From: an uncultured Nitrososphaeria archaeon
Lineage (GTDB): Archaea > Thermoproteota > Nitrososphaeria_A > Caldarchaeales > JAVZCJ01
Assembly: GCA_964532175.1 (NCBI GenBank)
Contig: CAZHGP010000002.1
Span: 18,908 to 65,209 of the forward strand
Direction of reading: 5' to 3'
Length of the DNA: 46,302 nucleotides
Shown: piece by piece, positions 9,707 through 17,734 of the stretch
Numbering within the stretch: the first letter of the stretch is position 1
Layout of the letters: each line of letters opens with the position of its first letter
Translations under genes and position numbers: made by a program
The notes under the pieces: model-generated
What the model was told of the DNA's origin: nothing
The model's input: the letters and a program-made list of their open reading frames with translations, nothing else
The model's database searches: none

Positions 9707-10137
9707 TAGTTAAAAGTGAAATTCTTAAAGAAAAAAAGAAATTAAAAAAAGAAATTAAAAAAATATTAGAAATACGTAGAAAAAGGCCTAAATTTGTTAG
9801 ACAAGAATCTTGGAGATATGTAAGATTAAAAGAAAATTGGAGAAGACCAAGAGGAAAAGATAGTAGAATGAGACTTCAAAAAAGTGGTTCTCCACCACTT
9901 GTTTCTATTGGTTATGGAAGTCCTAAAAAATATAGAGGATTGCATCCTTGTGGATTAAAAGAGAAAATAATTCATAATATTAATCAATTAAATAATCTTG
10001 ATCCAAAAATTTATGCTATAAGAATTTCTTCAAAAGTTGGAAAGAAAAAACGTATAGAAATATATGAAAAAGCTATTTCTAATGGTTTTAAAGTATTAAA
10101 TCCACCAATTTTAGAAAAATTAACTAAGGAGGAATAA
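9703..10137 (+). CDS. rpl32e: 50S ribosomal protein L32e (eL32)
   Basis: RPKFVRQESWRYVRLKENWRRPRGKDSRMR motif. Confidence 0.85.
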   Translation: MIVKSEILKEKKKLKKEIKKILEIRRKRPKFVRQESWRYVRLKENWRRPRGKDSRMRLQKSGSPPLVSIGYGSPKKYRGLHPCGLKEKIIHNINQLNNLDPKIYAIRISSKVGKKKRIEIYEKAISNGFKVLNPPILEKLTKEE

Positions 10138-10139
10138 AA

Positions 10140-10577
10140 ATGGTTTTAACAACACAAAAAAGAATTGCTGCAAAAATTTTAAAATGTGGTGAAAATAGAG
10201 TACGTTTTGATAATGAAAGAATTGAAGAAATAGAAGAAGCTATAACACGTAAAGATATAAAACGTTTAATAAAAGAAGGTGTTATTTATAAAATTCAGAA
10301 AAAAGGAATTAGTAGAGCAAGAGTAGAAAAAAAGAAAAGAGGACCAGGAAGTAAAAAAGGAGCAAAACATTCTCGTCTTTCAAGAAAAGAAAAATGGATT
10401 CAAAGAGTTAGAGCACAAAGAAAAAAACTTAGAGAATTGAAAAATAAAAGATTAATTGAAAGAAGTGTTTATAGAGATATTTATCAAATGATAAAATCTG
10501 GTGCATTTAAATCTACTAGACAAATGATTGAATATTTAAAAGAAAATAAACTTTTAAAGAAAGGGTTACTGCTATGA
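10140..10577 (+). CDS. rpl19e: 50S ribosomal protein L19e (eL19)
   Basis: QKRIAAKILKCGENRV...RGPGSKKGAK motifs. Confidence 0.9.
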   Translation: MVLTTQKRIAAKILKCGENRVRFDNERIEEIEEAITRKDIKRLIKEGVIYKIQKKGISRARVEKKKRGPGSKKGAKHSRLSRKEKWIQRVRAQRKKLRELKNKRLIERSVYRDIYQMIKSGAFKSTRQMIEYLKENKLLKKGLLL

Positions 10578-11140
10578 AAATTTATAAAAGAACTAAGCCT
10601 AAAAGGCAACGTAAAGGATTAACGAATTATTATAAAAGAATAAAATTAGTTAAATCAAATTTACCAAGGCTTGTAGTTAGAAAAACTAATAGATATATTA
10701 TTACACAAATCATTTTATCAAAAGCTGGAGGAGATCATACATATTTAACAGTAACTTCGAAAGAATTAAGTAATTATGGCTGGAAAGATAGTTTTAAAAA
10801 TACTCCTGCAGCTTATCTGACTGGACTTTTAATAGGTATTAAATCTAAAAAAATTGGTATAAATAAAGCTATTTTAGATATTGGTCTTCATAAACCTACT
10901 AAAGGTTCTAAAGTATTTGCAGTAGCTAAAGGAGCAATTGATGCAGGTTTAGAAATTCCAATTTCTGAAGAAGTTATACCTTCAGAAGAAAGGATTAAAG
11001 GAAAACATATAGAAGATTTTAAATTAAAATTATTTGGAGAATCTAAATTAGCTGAATTAGATTATATTCCAATTACATCTCTTTTTGAAAAAGTTAAAAA
11101 TAATATTTTAAAAGAAATTGAGATGATAAAAAATGAGTAG
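10574..11140 (+). CDS. rpl18: 50S ribosomal protein L18 (uL18)
   Basis: [16 protein letters not shown]...[11 protein letters not shown] motifs. Confidence 0.9.
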   Translation: MKIYKRTKPKRQRKGLTNYYKRIKLVKSNLPRLVVRKTNRYIITQIILSKAGGDHTYLTVTSKELSNYGWKDSFKNTPAAYLTGLLIGIKSKKIGINKAILDIGLHKPTKGSKVFAVAKGAIDAGLEIPISEEVIPSEERIKGKHIEDFKLKLFGESKLAELDYIPITSLFEKVKNNILKEIEMIKNE

Positions 11141-11747
11141 TTCAGAATGGGTTCCAAGAACAAGTTTAGGAAAAGCTGTTTTAGAAGGGAAAATTACTTC
11201 AATTAATGAAGTTTTTGCAAATCATTTAAAAATATATGAGCCTCAAATAGTTGATATTCTTCTTCCGAATCTTGAACAAGAAGTATTAGATGTTAAAATT
11301 ACACAAAAACAAACTGATGCTGGTGAACGTTCTAGATTTAAAGCAATAGTAGTTGTTGGTAATAGAGATGGATATGTTGGTCTTGGAACAGGTAAAGCTG
11401 TACATGTTGTAGCTGCAATTGAAAAAGCAGTAAATGATGCAAAACTTTCAATAATTCCTGTTCAAAGAGGTTGTGGAAGTTGGGAATGTGGTTGTGATGC
11501 CCCTCATTCTCTTAGAACTAAAGTAATTGGAAAATGTGGAAGTGTTAGAATGGTTTTGCTTCCTGCTCCTAAAGGTGTTGGATTAGTTGCTGGTGAAATA
11601 GCTAAAAGAGTTTTAGAATTAGCTGGAATAAAAGATTGTTGGACAAGAAGTTTTGGTGAAACACGTACTACTCTTTCAATGGCTAGAGCAACTTTTGAAG
11701 CTTTAAAGAATACTAATAAAATTATCCTTCCATCAATGTGGGGCTAA
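11133..11747 (+). CDS. rps5: 30S ribosomal protein S5 (uS5)
   Basis: [22 protein letters not shown]...GVGLVAG motifs. Confidence 0.95.
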   Translation: MSSSEWVPRTSLGKAVLEGKITSINEVFANHLKIYEPQIVDILLPNLEQEVLDVKITQKQTDAGERSRFKAIVVVGNRDGYVGLGTGKAVHVVAAIEKAVNDAKLSIIPVQRGCGSWECGCDAPHSLRTKVIGKCGSVRMVLLPAPKGVGLVAGEIAKRVLELAGIKDCWTRSFGETRTTLSMARATFEALKNTNKIILPSMWG

Positions 11748-11750
11748 GAT

Positions 11751-12218
11751 ATGGTTGAGAATAATCAATTAATAGCTATTATTAGATTAAGAGGCCCATC
11801 TGGCATGTCTCATGATAATGAATATACTTTAAGACTTTTAAATCTTAAAAGAGCAAATCATGCTACCGTATTAAATTATTCAAAAAATATAGCTGGAATG
11901 CTAAGAAAAGTTAATGGATTTATTACTTGGGGAGAAATTAATGAAGAAACACTTTTAAATTTACTTTCTAAAAGAAGTAATTTAAATATTGAAATGATTA
12001 AAAAAGCAGGTTATAATTCTCTTGAAGAATTGGTTCATGCTTTATATAAAGGAGAAATAGATATTTCAAAATTAAAAAAAATTGGTTTTAAACCAGTTTT
12101 TAGATTGCATCCACCATCTCATGGTTTTAAAAAATCTATTAAAAGAAAATTTAAATCTAATGGTGAAGCAGGTTATAGAGGAGGAGCAATAAACGATTTA
12201 TTAAATAGAATGATTTAA
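11751..12218 (+). CDS. rpl30: 50S ribosomal protein L30 (uL30)
   Basis: LIAIIRLRG...TLRLLNLKRANHATV pattern; synteny after S5. Confidence 0.85.
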   Translation: MVENNQLIAIIRLRGPSGMSHDNEYTLRLLNLKRANHATVLNYSKNIAGMLRKVNGFITWGEINEETLLNLLSKRSNLNIEMIKKAGYNSLEELVHALYKGEIDISKLKKIGFKPVFRLHPPSHGFKKSIKRKFKSNGEAGYRGGAINDLLNRMI

Positions 12219-12307
12219 TTTGATTAAAAAATTGAAAAATAGTTTTACTTTTAATATTTAGATTTAAAATAGAATTAAAAACATTTATTAAAGCTCTTTA
12301 TTTTTTT

Positions 12308-12856
12308 ATGAGTGGAAATAGTATGGATGATAATAAAAAATGGAAAAAGAAAAAAGATTGGAATTTTGATGATATATTTGAAAATTTTGAAAAATTAACA
12401 GAATTTCTTGAAGAAGAATTTAATAGAATATTTGAAGAACCCAAATTTAATACTTTCGATAATTTTTTTAAAGAAAAACCTTTAATTTATGGTTTTAGTA
12501 TTTCAATAGATCCTACTGGAAAACCTAGAATACAAGAATTTGGAAATATTCGTTCAAAAGGAGAAAAACCATTAATAAGTGATAAAAGAGAACCTCTTAT
12601 AGATATTTTTAATAATGAAAATGAAATAATTATAATAGCTGAAATTCCTGGTGTTAAAAAAGATGATATTAAATTGAATGTAACTGAAGATAATCTTATT
12701 ATTTCTACTTCAAATTCTTATAGAAAATATTATAAAGAACTTAATTTTGAAGAAAAAATAGACCCTAATTCAATTCAATCTAGTTATAATAATGGTGTAT
12801 TACAAATAAAATTAAGAAAAAAGGGATTTGAAGGAAAGGAAATAAAAATAAGTTAA
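12308..12856 (+). CDS. Small heat-shock protein, Hsp20/alpha-crystallin family
   Basis: The alpha-crystallin domain spans PLIDIFNNENEIIIIAEIPGVKKDDIKLNV...SSYNNGVLQIKL. Confidence 0.8.
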   Translation: MSGNSMDDNKKWKKKKDWNFDDIFENFEKLTEFLEEEFNRIFEEPKFNTFDNFFKEKPLIYGFSISIDPTGKPRIQEFGNIRSKGEKPLISDKREPLIDIFNNENEIIIIAEIPGVKKDDIKLNVTEDNLIISTSNSYRKYYKELNFEEKIDPNSIQSSYNNGVLQIKLRKKGFEGKEIKIS

Positions 12857-12866
12857 GGTGATATTC

Positions 12867-13322
12867 ATGCCAACACGTCTTAGAAAAATTAGGAAATATA
12901 GAGGGTCAAGAACTTGTGGTTGGGGACAAATAGGGCAGCATCGTAAAAGAGGAGCTAAAGGTGGAAGGGGTTTAGGTAAAAAAGCTGGACATAAACATAA
13001 ATATACATGGGTTTTAGAAAATGCTCCTAATCATTTTGGAAAGGAAGGTTTTAAACCTCCTGTAAAAAAACCTATTAAAAAAATAATTAATTTAAAAGAT
13101 TTAGAAAATATTATTAAAAAAATCGAATCAAGTAATGAAGCAAAATATATTAATGGTTTGCTTTTAGTAAATCTTGTTGAACATGGTTACGATAAGCTTT
13201 TAGGTTCTGGAAATATAAGCAAGCCTGTAATAATTGTATCGAATGAATGGTCTAAAAAATCTGAAGAAAAAATTAATAAGATTGGAGGTAAAATAATTAA
13301 ACCATCTCAATTAAACATGTGA
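12867..13322 (+). CDS. rpl15: 50S ribosomal protein L15 (uL15)
   Basis: MPTRLRKIRKYRGSRTCGWG...GGRG. ATG at 12867 after SD aaggtga, which overlaps the hsp20 stop. Confidence 0.9.
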   Translation: MPTRLRKIRKYRGSRTCGWGQIGQHRKRGAKGGRGLGKKAGHKHKYTWVLENAPNHFGKEGFKPPVKKPIKKIINLKDLENIIKKIESSNEAKYINGLLLVNLVEHGYDKLLGSGNISKPVIIVSNEWSKKSEEKINKIGGKIIKPSQLNM

Positions 13323-13329
13323 TTTAAAA

Positions 13330-14754
13330 ATGTCTTCTATAAGAAATTTCTTTCAATCCATTGAAAAATTTTTACCTACTGTTACTCCACCTAAAAAGAA
13401 ACTTAGTCTTACAGAGAGGCTTATATGGACTTTATTAGCTTTAGTTATATATATGTTAATGAGTGAAATTTTCTTATATGGATTACCAATTAAACCCCAA
13501 CCTGGAGTAACTTCTCCAATCATATTAAATATAATATTTGCTTCTCGTATTGGTACTTTAATGACTCTTGGAATAGGTCCAATTGTAACTGCTGGAATAA
13601 TAGTTCAGCTTTTAGCTGGAGCAGAATTGATTAAATTAGATTTATCTAAACCTGAAGATAGATCATTATTTACTTCTTTAAGTAAGCTTTTAGCTATTTT
13701 AATAACTATTTTTCAATCTGCAGCATATGTTCTTACAGGATACTTTGGAAGTATTTCTCCTCAAACATCTTTATTAATATTCATTCAATTATTTTTAGCA
13801 ACAATGCTTGTAATGTTACTTGATGAAATGATTCAGAAAGGTTGGGGATTAGGAAGTGGTATAAGCCTTTTCATTGCTGCAGGTGTTGCACAAACAATTT
13901 TTTGGAGTCTTTTATCACCTATAGAAATAAGTAATGAAACACCAAAATTTTTTGGAATTATTTTAGCTTTATTTGAAACAATTTCTTCCAGAGCTAGTAT
14001 TGATAAAGTATTGTATAGAGGTAATTTTCCAGATCTTATTGGGCTTTTTTCAACAATATTTTTAATACTTTTATTAATCTATTTGGAATCTGTAAGAATA
14101 GAAATTCCAATTTCTTATGCAAAATATGGTAGTTATAGAGCTAAATATCCTGTAAAACTTTTATATGTATCAAATATTCCAGTAATATTTGCTTCAACAA
14201 TATTTGCTAATGTATATTATTTAACTTCAATTATATGGAGTAAATTTAATCCAAATAATGATAATATATTATTAAATATTCTTGGAAAATATACTCAAAC
14301 TGAAGGAGGCCAACCTAATCCAATTGGAGGATTAGCATATTATATGACTTCTCCAAGAAACTTAACTTCAGTTATGGAAGATCCATTAAGAGCAATTATT
14401 TACCTTCTATTAATGATTTCTTTCTCAGTAGTTTTTGCTATTTTCTGGGTTGAAGTAGGTGGTCTTAGTGCTTCTAAAGTTGCTGAACAATTAATAGATG
14501 CGGGAATGCAAGTACCAGGATTTAGAAGGAATCCTATTGTAATATCTAAAATAATTGAAAAGCATATTTACATTGTAACAATTTTAGGAGGTTTAATAAT
14601 TGGTATAATTGCAGGTGTAGCAGATTTAATAAATGTTTTTGGTTCAGGTGTAGGTATTCTTTTAATGATTGGAATATTATTCCAATATTATGAATTACTT
14701 ACTAAAGAACAATTACTTGAAATGTATCCTTCATTAGGTAAATTACTTGAATAA
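13330..14754 (+). CDS. secY: Preprotein translocase subunit SecY
   Basis: 474-aa polytopic membrane protein; GIGPIVTAGIIVQLL motif; canonical position after L15. Confidence 0.95.
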   Translation: MSSIRNFFQSIEKFLPTVTPPKKKLSLTERLIWTLLALVIYMLMSEIFLYGLPIKPQPGVTSPIILNIIFASRIGTLMTLGIGPIVTAGIIVQLLAGAELIKLDLSKPEDRSLFTSLSKLLAILITIFQSAAYVLTGYFGSISPQTSLLIFIQLFLATMLVMLLDEMIQKGWGLGSGISLFIAAGVAQTIFWSLLSPIEISNETPKFFGIILALFETISSRASIDKVLYRGNFPDLIGLFSTIFLILLLIYLESVRIEIPISYAKYGSYRAKYPVKLLYVSNIPVIFASTIFANVYYLTSIIWSKFNPNNDNILLNILGKYTQTEGGQPNPIGGLAYYMTSPRNLTSVMEDPLRAIIYLLLMISFSVVFAIFWVEVGGLSASKVAEQLIDAGMQVPGFRRNPIVISKIIEKHIYIVTILGGLIIGIIAGVADLINVFGSGVGILLMIGILFQYYELLTKEQLLEMYPSLGKLLE

Positions 14755-14781
14755 TGTATTAAAAATGAAAGAGGTGAAAAT

Positions 14782-15306
14782 ATGTTAAATTTAATAAAAA
14801 TATTTGAATCGAATTATGCAATAAGTTCTCTTTCAGTCTTTTTAGTAAGTTTTGTTTTAGCAATTTTTTCTATTACAATTTATAAAATAATATTTGGAGA
14901 AGAAACATTTAAGAAAATGCGTGAAACAAACCTTTGGAAACGTAAATTGCTTGAAGCTAGAAAGAATAAAGATGAAAAATTATTAGCTAAGCTTGAGAAA
15001 AAGAGAGAATACATGGAAAAAATAGATGCTGAAATTGCAAGTAAGCAATTAAAAGTTACTTTAATAACAATTATTCCAAGTTTTTTAAGTTTCTATTTTT
15101 TATCAACTCTTTATGGAGTTAATGCTGTTGCTTTAATGCCTAAAGGAATGAGTATTCCTTTTCTTTCCCATCCAGATGGTGGCTTACCATTTTTCACATG
15201 GTATTTATTAACATTTTTTGCAATTTATAATCCATTATCTAAATTATTTAAAGTAAGTATGGGGGTTGAGGATTATGCCGAGGAGAGCATTAAGAACAAG
15301 AAGTAA
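14782..15306 (+). CDS. DUF106-family membrane protein (archaeal YidC/Oxa1/EMC3-like insertase candidate)
   Basis: TM1, K/E-rich coiled coil, TM2, TM3 architecture; conserved position downstream of secY. Confidence 0.55.
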   Translation: MLNLIKIFESNYAISSLSVFLVSFVLAIFSITIYKIIFGEETFKKMRETNLWKRKLLEARKNKDEKLLAKLEKKREYMEKIDAEIASKQLKVTLITIIPSFLSFYFLSTLYGVNAVALMPKGMSIPFLSHPDGGLPFFTWYLLTFFAIYNPLSKLFKVSMGVEDYAEESIKNKK

Positions 15307-15556
15307 AGCTAGAATATTTGTTAGAACTCCTGGAGGAAAAGTAGTTATACATTATAGAAAAAGGAAATCAAATCCTAAAATCTGTCCATTATGTAAAAAA
15401 GAAATTCATGGAATTCCAAAAATGAATTCTTCAAATTCTTCAAAATTCCCATTGTCAAGTAAAAGAATTTCAAGAATTTATGGTGGCGTATTATGCGGAA
15501 AATGTTTAAAGAATCTTTTAAAGAAGGAAGTAGCGAAAACTTGGTTATTACAATAA
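15275..15556 (+). CDS. rpl34e: 50S ribosomal protein L34e (eL34)
   Basis: MPRRALRTRSKARIFVRTPGGK...CPLC...CGKC. ATG at 15275; the track start at 15266 is a TTG. Confidence 0.85.
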   Translation: MPRRALRTRSKARIFVRTPGGKVVIHYRKRKSNPKICPLCKKEIHGIPKMNSSNSSKFPLSSKRISRIYGGVLCGKCLKNLLKKEVAKTWLLQ

Positions 15557-16077
15557 GCGGTTTACATGGAGTTGGAAAATCAACAATAGCTAAGTTAATT
15601 TCTAAAGAATTTAATTTAAGATATATTTCTGCTGGTTTATTATTTAGAAAAATTGCTGAAGAGAAAAATTTAAGTTTATTAGAGCTTTCAGAAAAAGCTA
15701 TGCTTTCTCCAGAAATTGATGCTATGATAGATAATATGCAAAAAGAAGAAGCTTCTAAAGGTAATGTAGTTATTGATGGTTTAATATCAAGCTTTATATG
15801 TAAAGATTTTGCAAATATTAAAATTTATATTAAAGCAAATTTAGAAACTAGGATTAATAGGATAGCTAAAAGAGATGGAATTGATTTTGATAAAGCTTTA
15901 GAAGAAACTTTAGAAAGAGAAAATAATGAAAGAGAAAGGTTTAAAAAATTTTATGGTTTTGATATAGATGATACATCAATATATGATTTAGTGATTGATA
16001 ATTCTTTTATTTCAGCCTCTATTTGTGTAAAAATTATTAAAATGTATATTAATGAATATCTTAAAAATAAAGGTTGA
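15493..16077 (+). CDS. cmk: Cytidylate kinase, archaeal type
   Basis: P-loop [13 protein letters not shown] followed by YISAGLLFR. The true start is probably the TTG at 15540 (MVITISG...). Confidence 0.8.
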   Translation: MRKMFKESFKEGSSENLVITISGLHGVGKSTIAKLISKEFNLRYISAGLLFRKIAEEKNLSLLELSEKAMLSPEIDAMIDNMQKEEASKGNVVIDGLISSFICKDFANIKIYIKANLETRINRIAKRDGIDFDKALEETLERENNERERFKKFYGFDIDDTSIYDLVIDNSFISASICVKIIKMYINEYLKNKG

Positions 16078-16082
16078 TAAAA

Positions 16083-16367
16083 ATGATAGGGAGAGTTTGT
16101 GTAAAAGTTGCTGGTAGGGAAGCTGGAAAGAAATGTGTGATAGTATCAATTATTGATAAAAACTTTGTGCTTGTTACAGGGCCCAAATCTCTTACTGGTG
16201 TAAAGAGACGTAGGGTAAATGTAATGCATCTTGCATTCACACCATATACTATAGATATAAAAAATGATGCGTCTGATGAAGAAGTATTAAAAGCTATTGA
16301 GAAAGCCGGACTTATGGAATATTTCAAAAAGGGAGTAAGGATTAAGGAAGGAATACCTGTGCTATGA
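16083..16367 (+). CDS. rpl14e: 50S ribosomal protein L14e (eL14)
   Basis: KOW-like [19 protein letters not shown]; ATG at 16083. Confidence 0.85.
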   Translation: MIGRVCVKVAGREAGKKCVIVSIIDKNFVLVTGPKSLTGVKRRRVNVMHLAFTPYTIDIKNDASDEEVLKAIEKAGLMEYFKKGVRIKEGIPVL

Positions 16368-17068
16368 ACTTAGAAAAAATAAATGAAATTTTTAAAAAAG
16401 CAATAATTGAAAAAAGGAAAATATTAACTATTTATGAATCAAAAGAAATACTTTATCATTATGGTATTCCTATTTCAAAACATTATTTATTAAAAAATTT
16501 AAAAGATATAAATATAGCTTTAAAAGAAATCTCTTTTCCAATTGCTTTAAAAATTTCTTCTCCACAAATTATTCATAAAACAGATATTGGAGGAATAAAG
16601 CTTAATATAAATTCTAAAAAGGAATTGATAAAAGCTTATAATGAAATAATTTTTAATATAAAAGAAAAATTTCCGAATATTTCTATTGAAGGAATTTTAA
16701 TAGAAGAAATGATTAAAAAAGGATTAGAAATAATAATTGGTGGAATACAAGATCCTGTTTTTGGTCCATGCATAATGTTTGGCTTAGGTGGAATATTCGT
16801 AGAAGTTTATAAAGATACTTCATTTAGAGCATGTCCTTTATCATTAAACGATGCTTTAGAAATGATTATGGAAATAAAAGGCTTTCCTATATTAAAAGGG
16901 ATAAGAGGAGAGAAGCCAATAAATATTGAAGAATTATGCAATATAATAATTAAATTATCTGATTTAATGATAAAATATGAAAATATAATTTCTGAATTTG
17001 ATATAAATCCAATTATAGCATCTTCTGAAAGAATAGTAGCTGTTGATGCTAGATTTTTATTAAAATAA
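16364..17068 (+). CDS. ATP-grasp protein resembling the beta subunit of ADP-forming acetyl-CoA synthetase (AcdB-like)
   Basis: 234 aa; [12 protein letters not shown]...[18 protein letters not shown]...GLGGIFVEV...DINPI pattern typical of ATP-grasp_5 / ACD beta. Confidence 0.6.
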   Translation: MNLEKINEIFKKAIIEKRKILTIYESKEILYHYGIPISKHYLLKNLKDINIALKEISFPIALKISSPQIIHKTDIGGIKLNINSKKELIKAYNEIIFNIKEKFPNISIEGILIEEMIKKGLEIIIGGIQDPVFGPCIMFGLGGIFVEVYKDTSFRACPLSLNDALEMIMEIKGFPILKGIRGEKPINIEELCNIIIKLSDLMIKYENIISEFDINPIIASSERIVAVDARFLLK

Positions 17069-17111
17069 TTATATTTATCTTTAATAAATAAAAAAATAGG
17101 AGGTTTTAAAA

Positions 17112-17705
17112 TTGAGAATAATAGGTATTTCAGGCGAATCTCATAGTGGAAAAACTTTATTAATTGAAGAATTAACTAAATATTTCTCTTCTAAAGGTTA
17201 TAGTATAGCTACTGTTAAATGCAGTAAGCATGAACAATTTGATATAGCTGGTAAAGATACTTTAAGACATAGAATTGCTGGAGCATGTTATACAATTGGT
17301 TTAGCTGAAAAAGAAACAATTCTATTAACTAAAAAAATTTCATTATTTGATGTTATTAATCTTTTACTCCCTCCAGTAGATTATGTTTTTGTAGAAGGAT
17401 GTGATAAAGAAAAATTGCCTAGAATATATGTAGGTAAGAATATTAATTCTTCAGAAGCTTTTGCATATTGGAAACCTGGTGAAAAAATAGATGAAATAAT
17501 TAATAAAATAAATTCTCTTCCTGAAGAATCAATTCAATTAATTATAGATAATAAAAAAATTCCAATGAACCCTTTTGTTCAAAAAGTATTCTTTAAATTA
17601 TTATATAGTTTAACATCAATATTAAAAGATGTAAATATTAAAGAAGCAAAATCGTTAATAATAAAAATGAATTTAAAAAATAATATTCATAATGAAAAAG
17701 TTTAA
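17112..17705 (+). CDS. mobB: MobB-like P-loop protein (molybdopterin-guanine dinucleotide biosynthesis adapter family)
   Basis: IIGISGESHSGKTLL...VKCSKHEQFDIAGKDTLRHRIAGA. Confidence 0.7.
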   Translation: MRIIGISGESHSGKTLLIEELTKYFSSKGYSIATVKCSKHEQFDIAGKDTLRHRIAGACYTIGLAEKETILLTKKISLFDVINLLLPPVDYVFVEGCDKEKLPRIYVGKNINSSEAFAYWKPGEKIDEIINKINSLPEESIQLIIDNKKIPMNPFVQKVFFKLLYSLTSILKDVNIKEAKSLIIKMNLKNNIHNEKV

Positions 17706-17734
17706 ATACCTCATTTTTTTAAAAAAATACGAAT

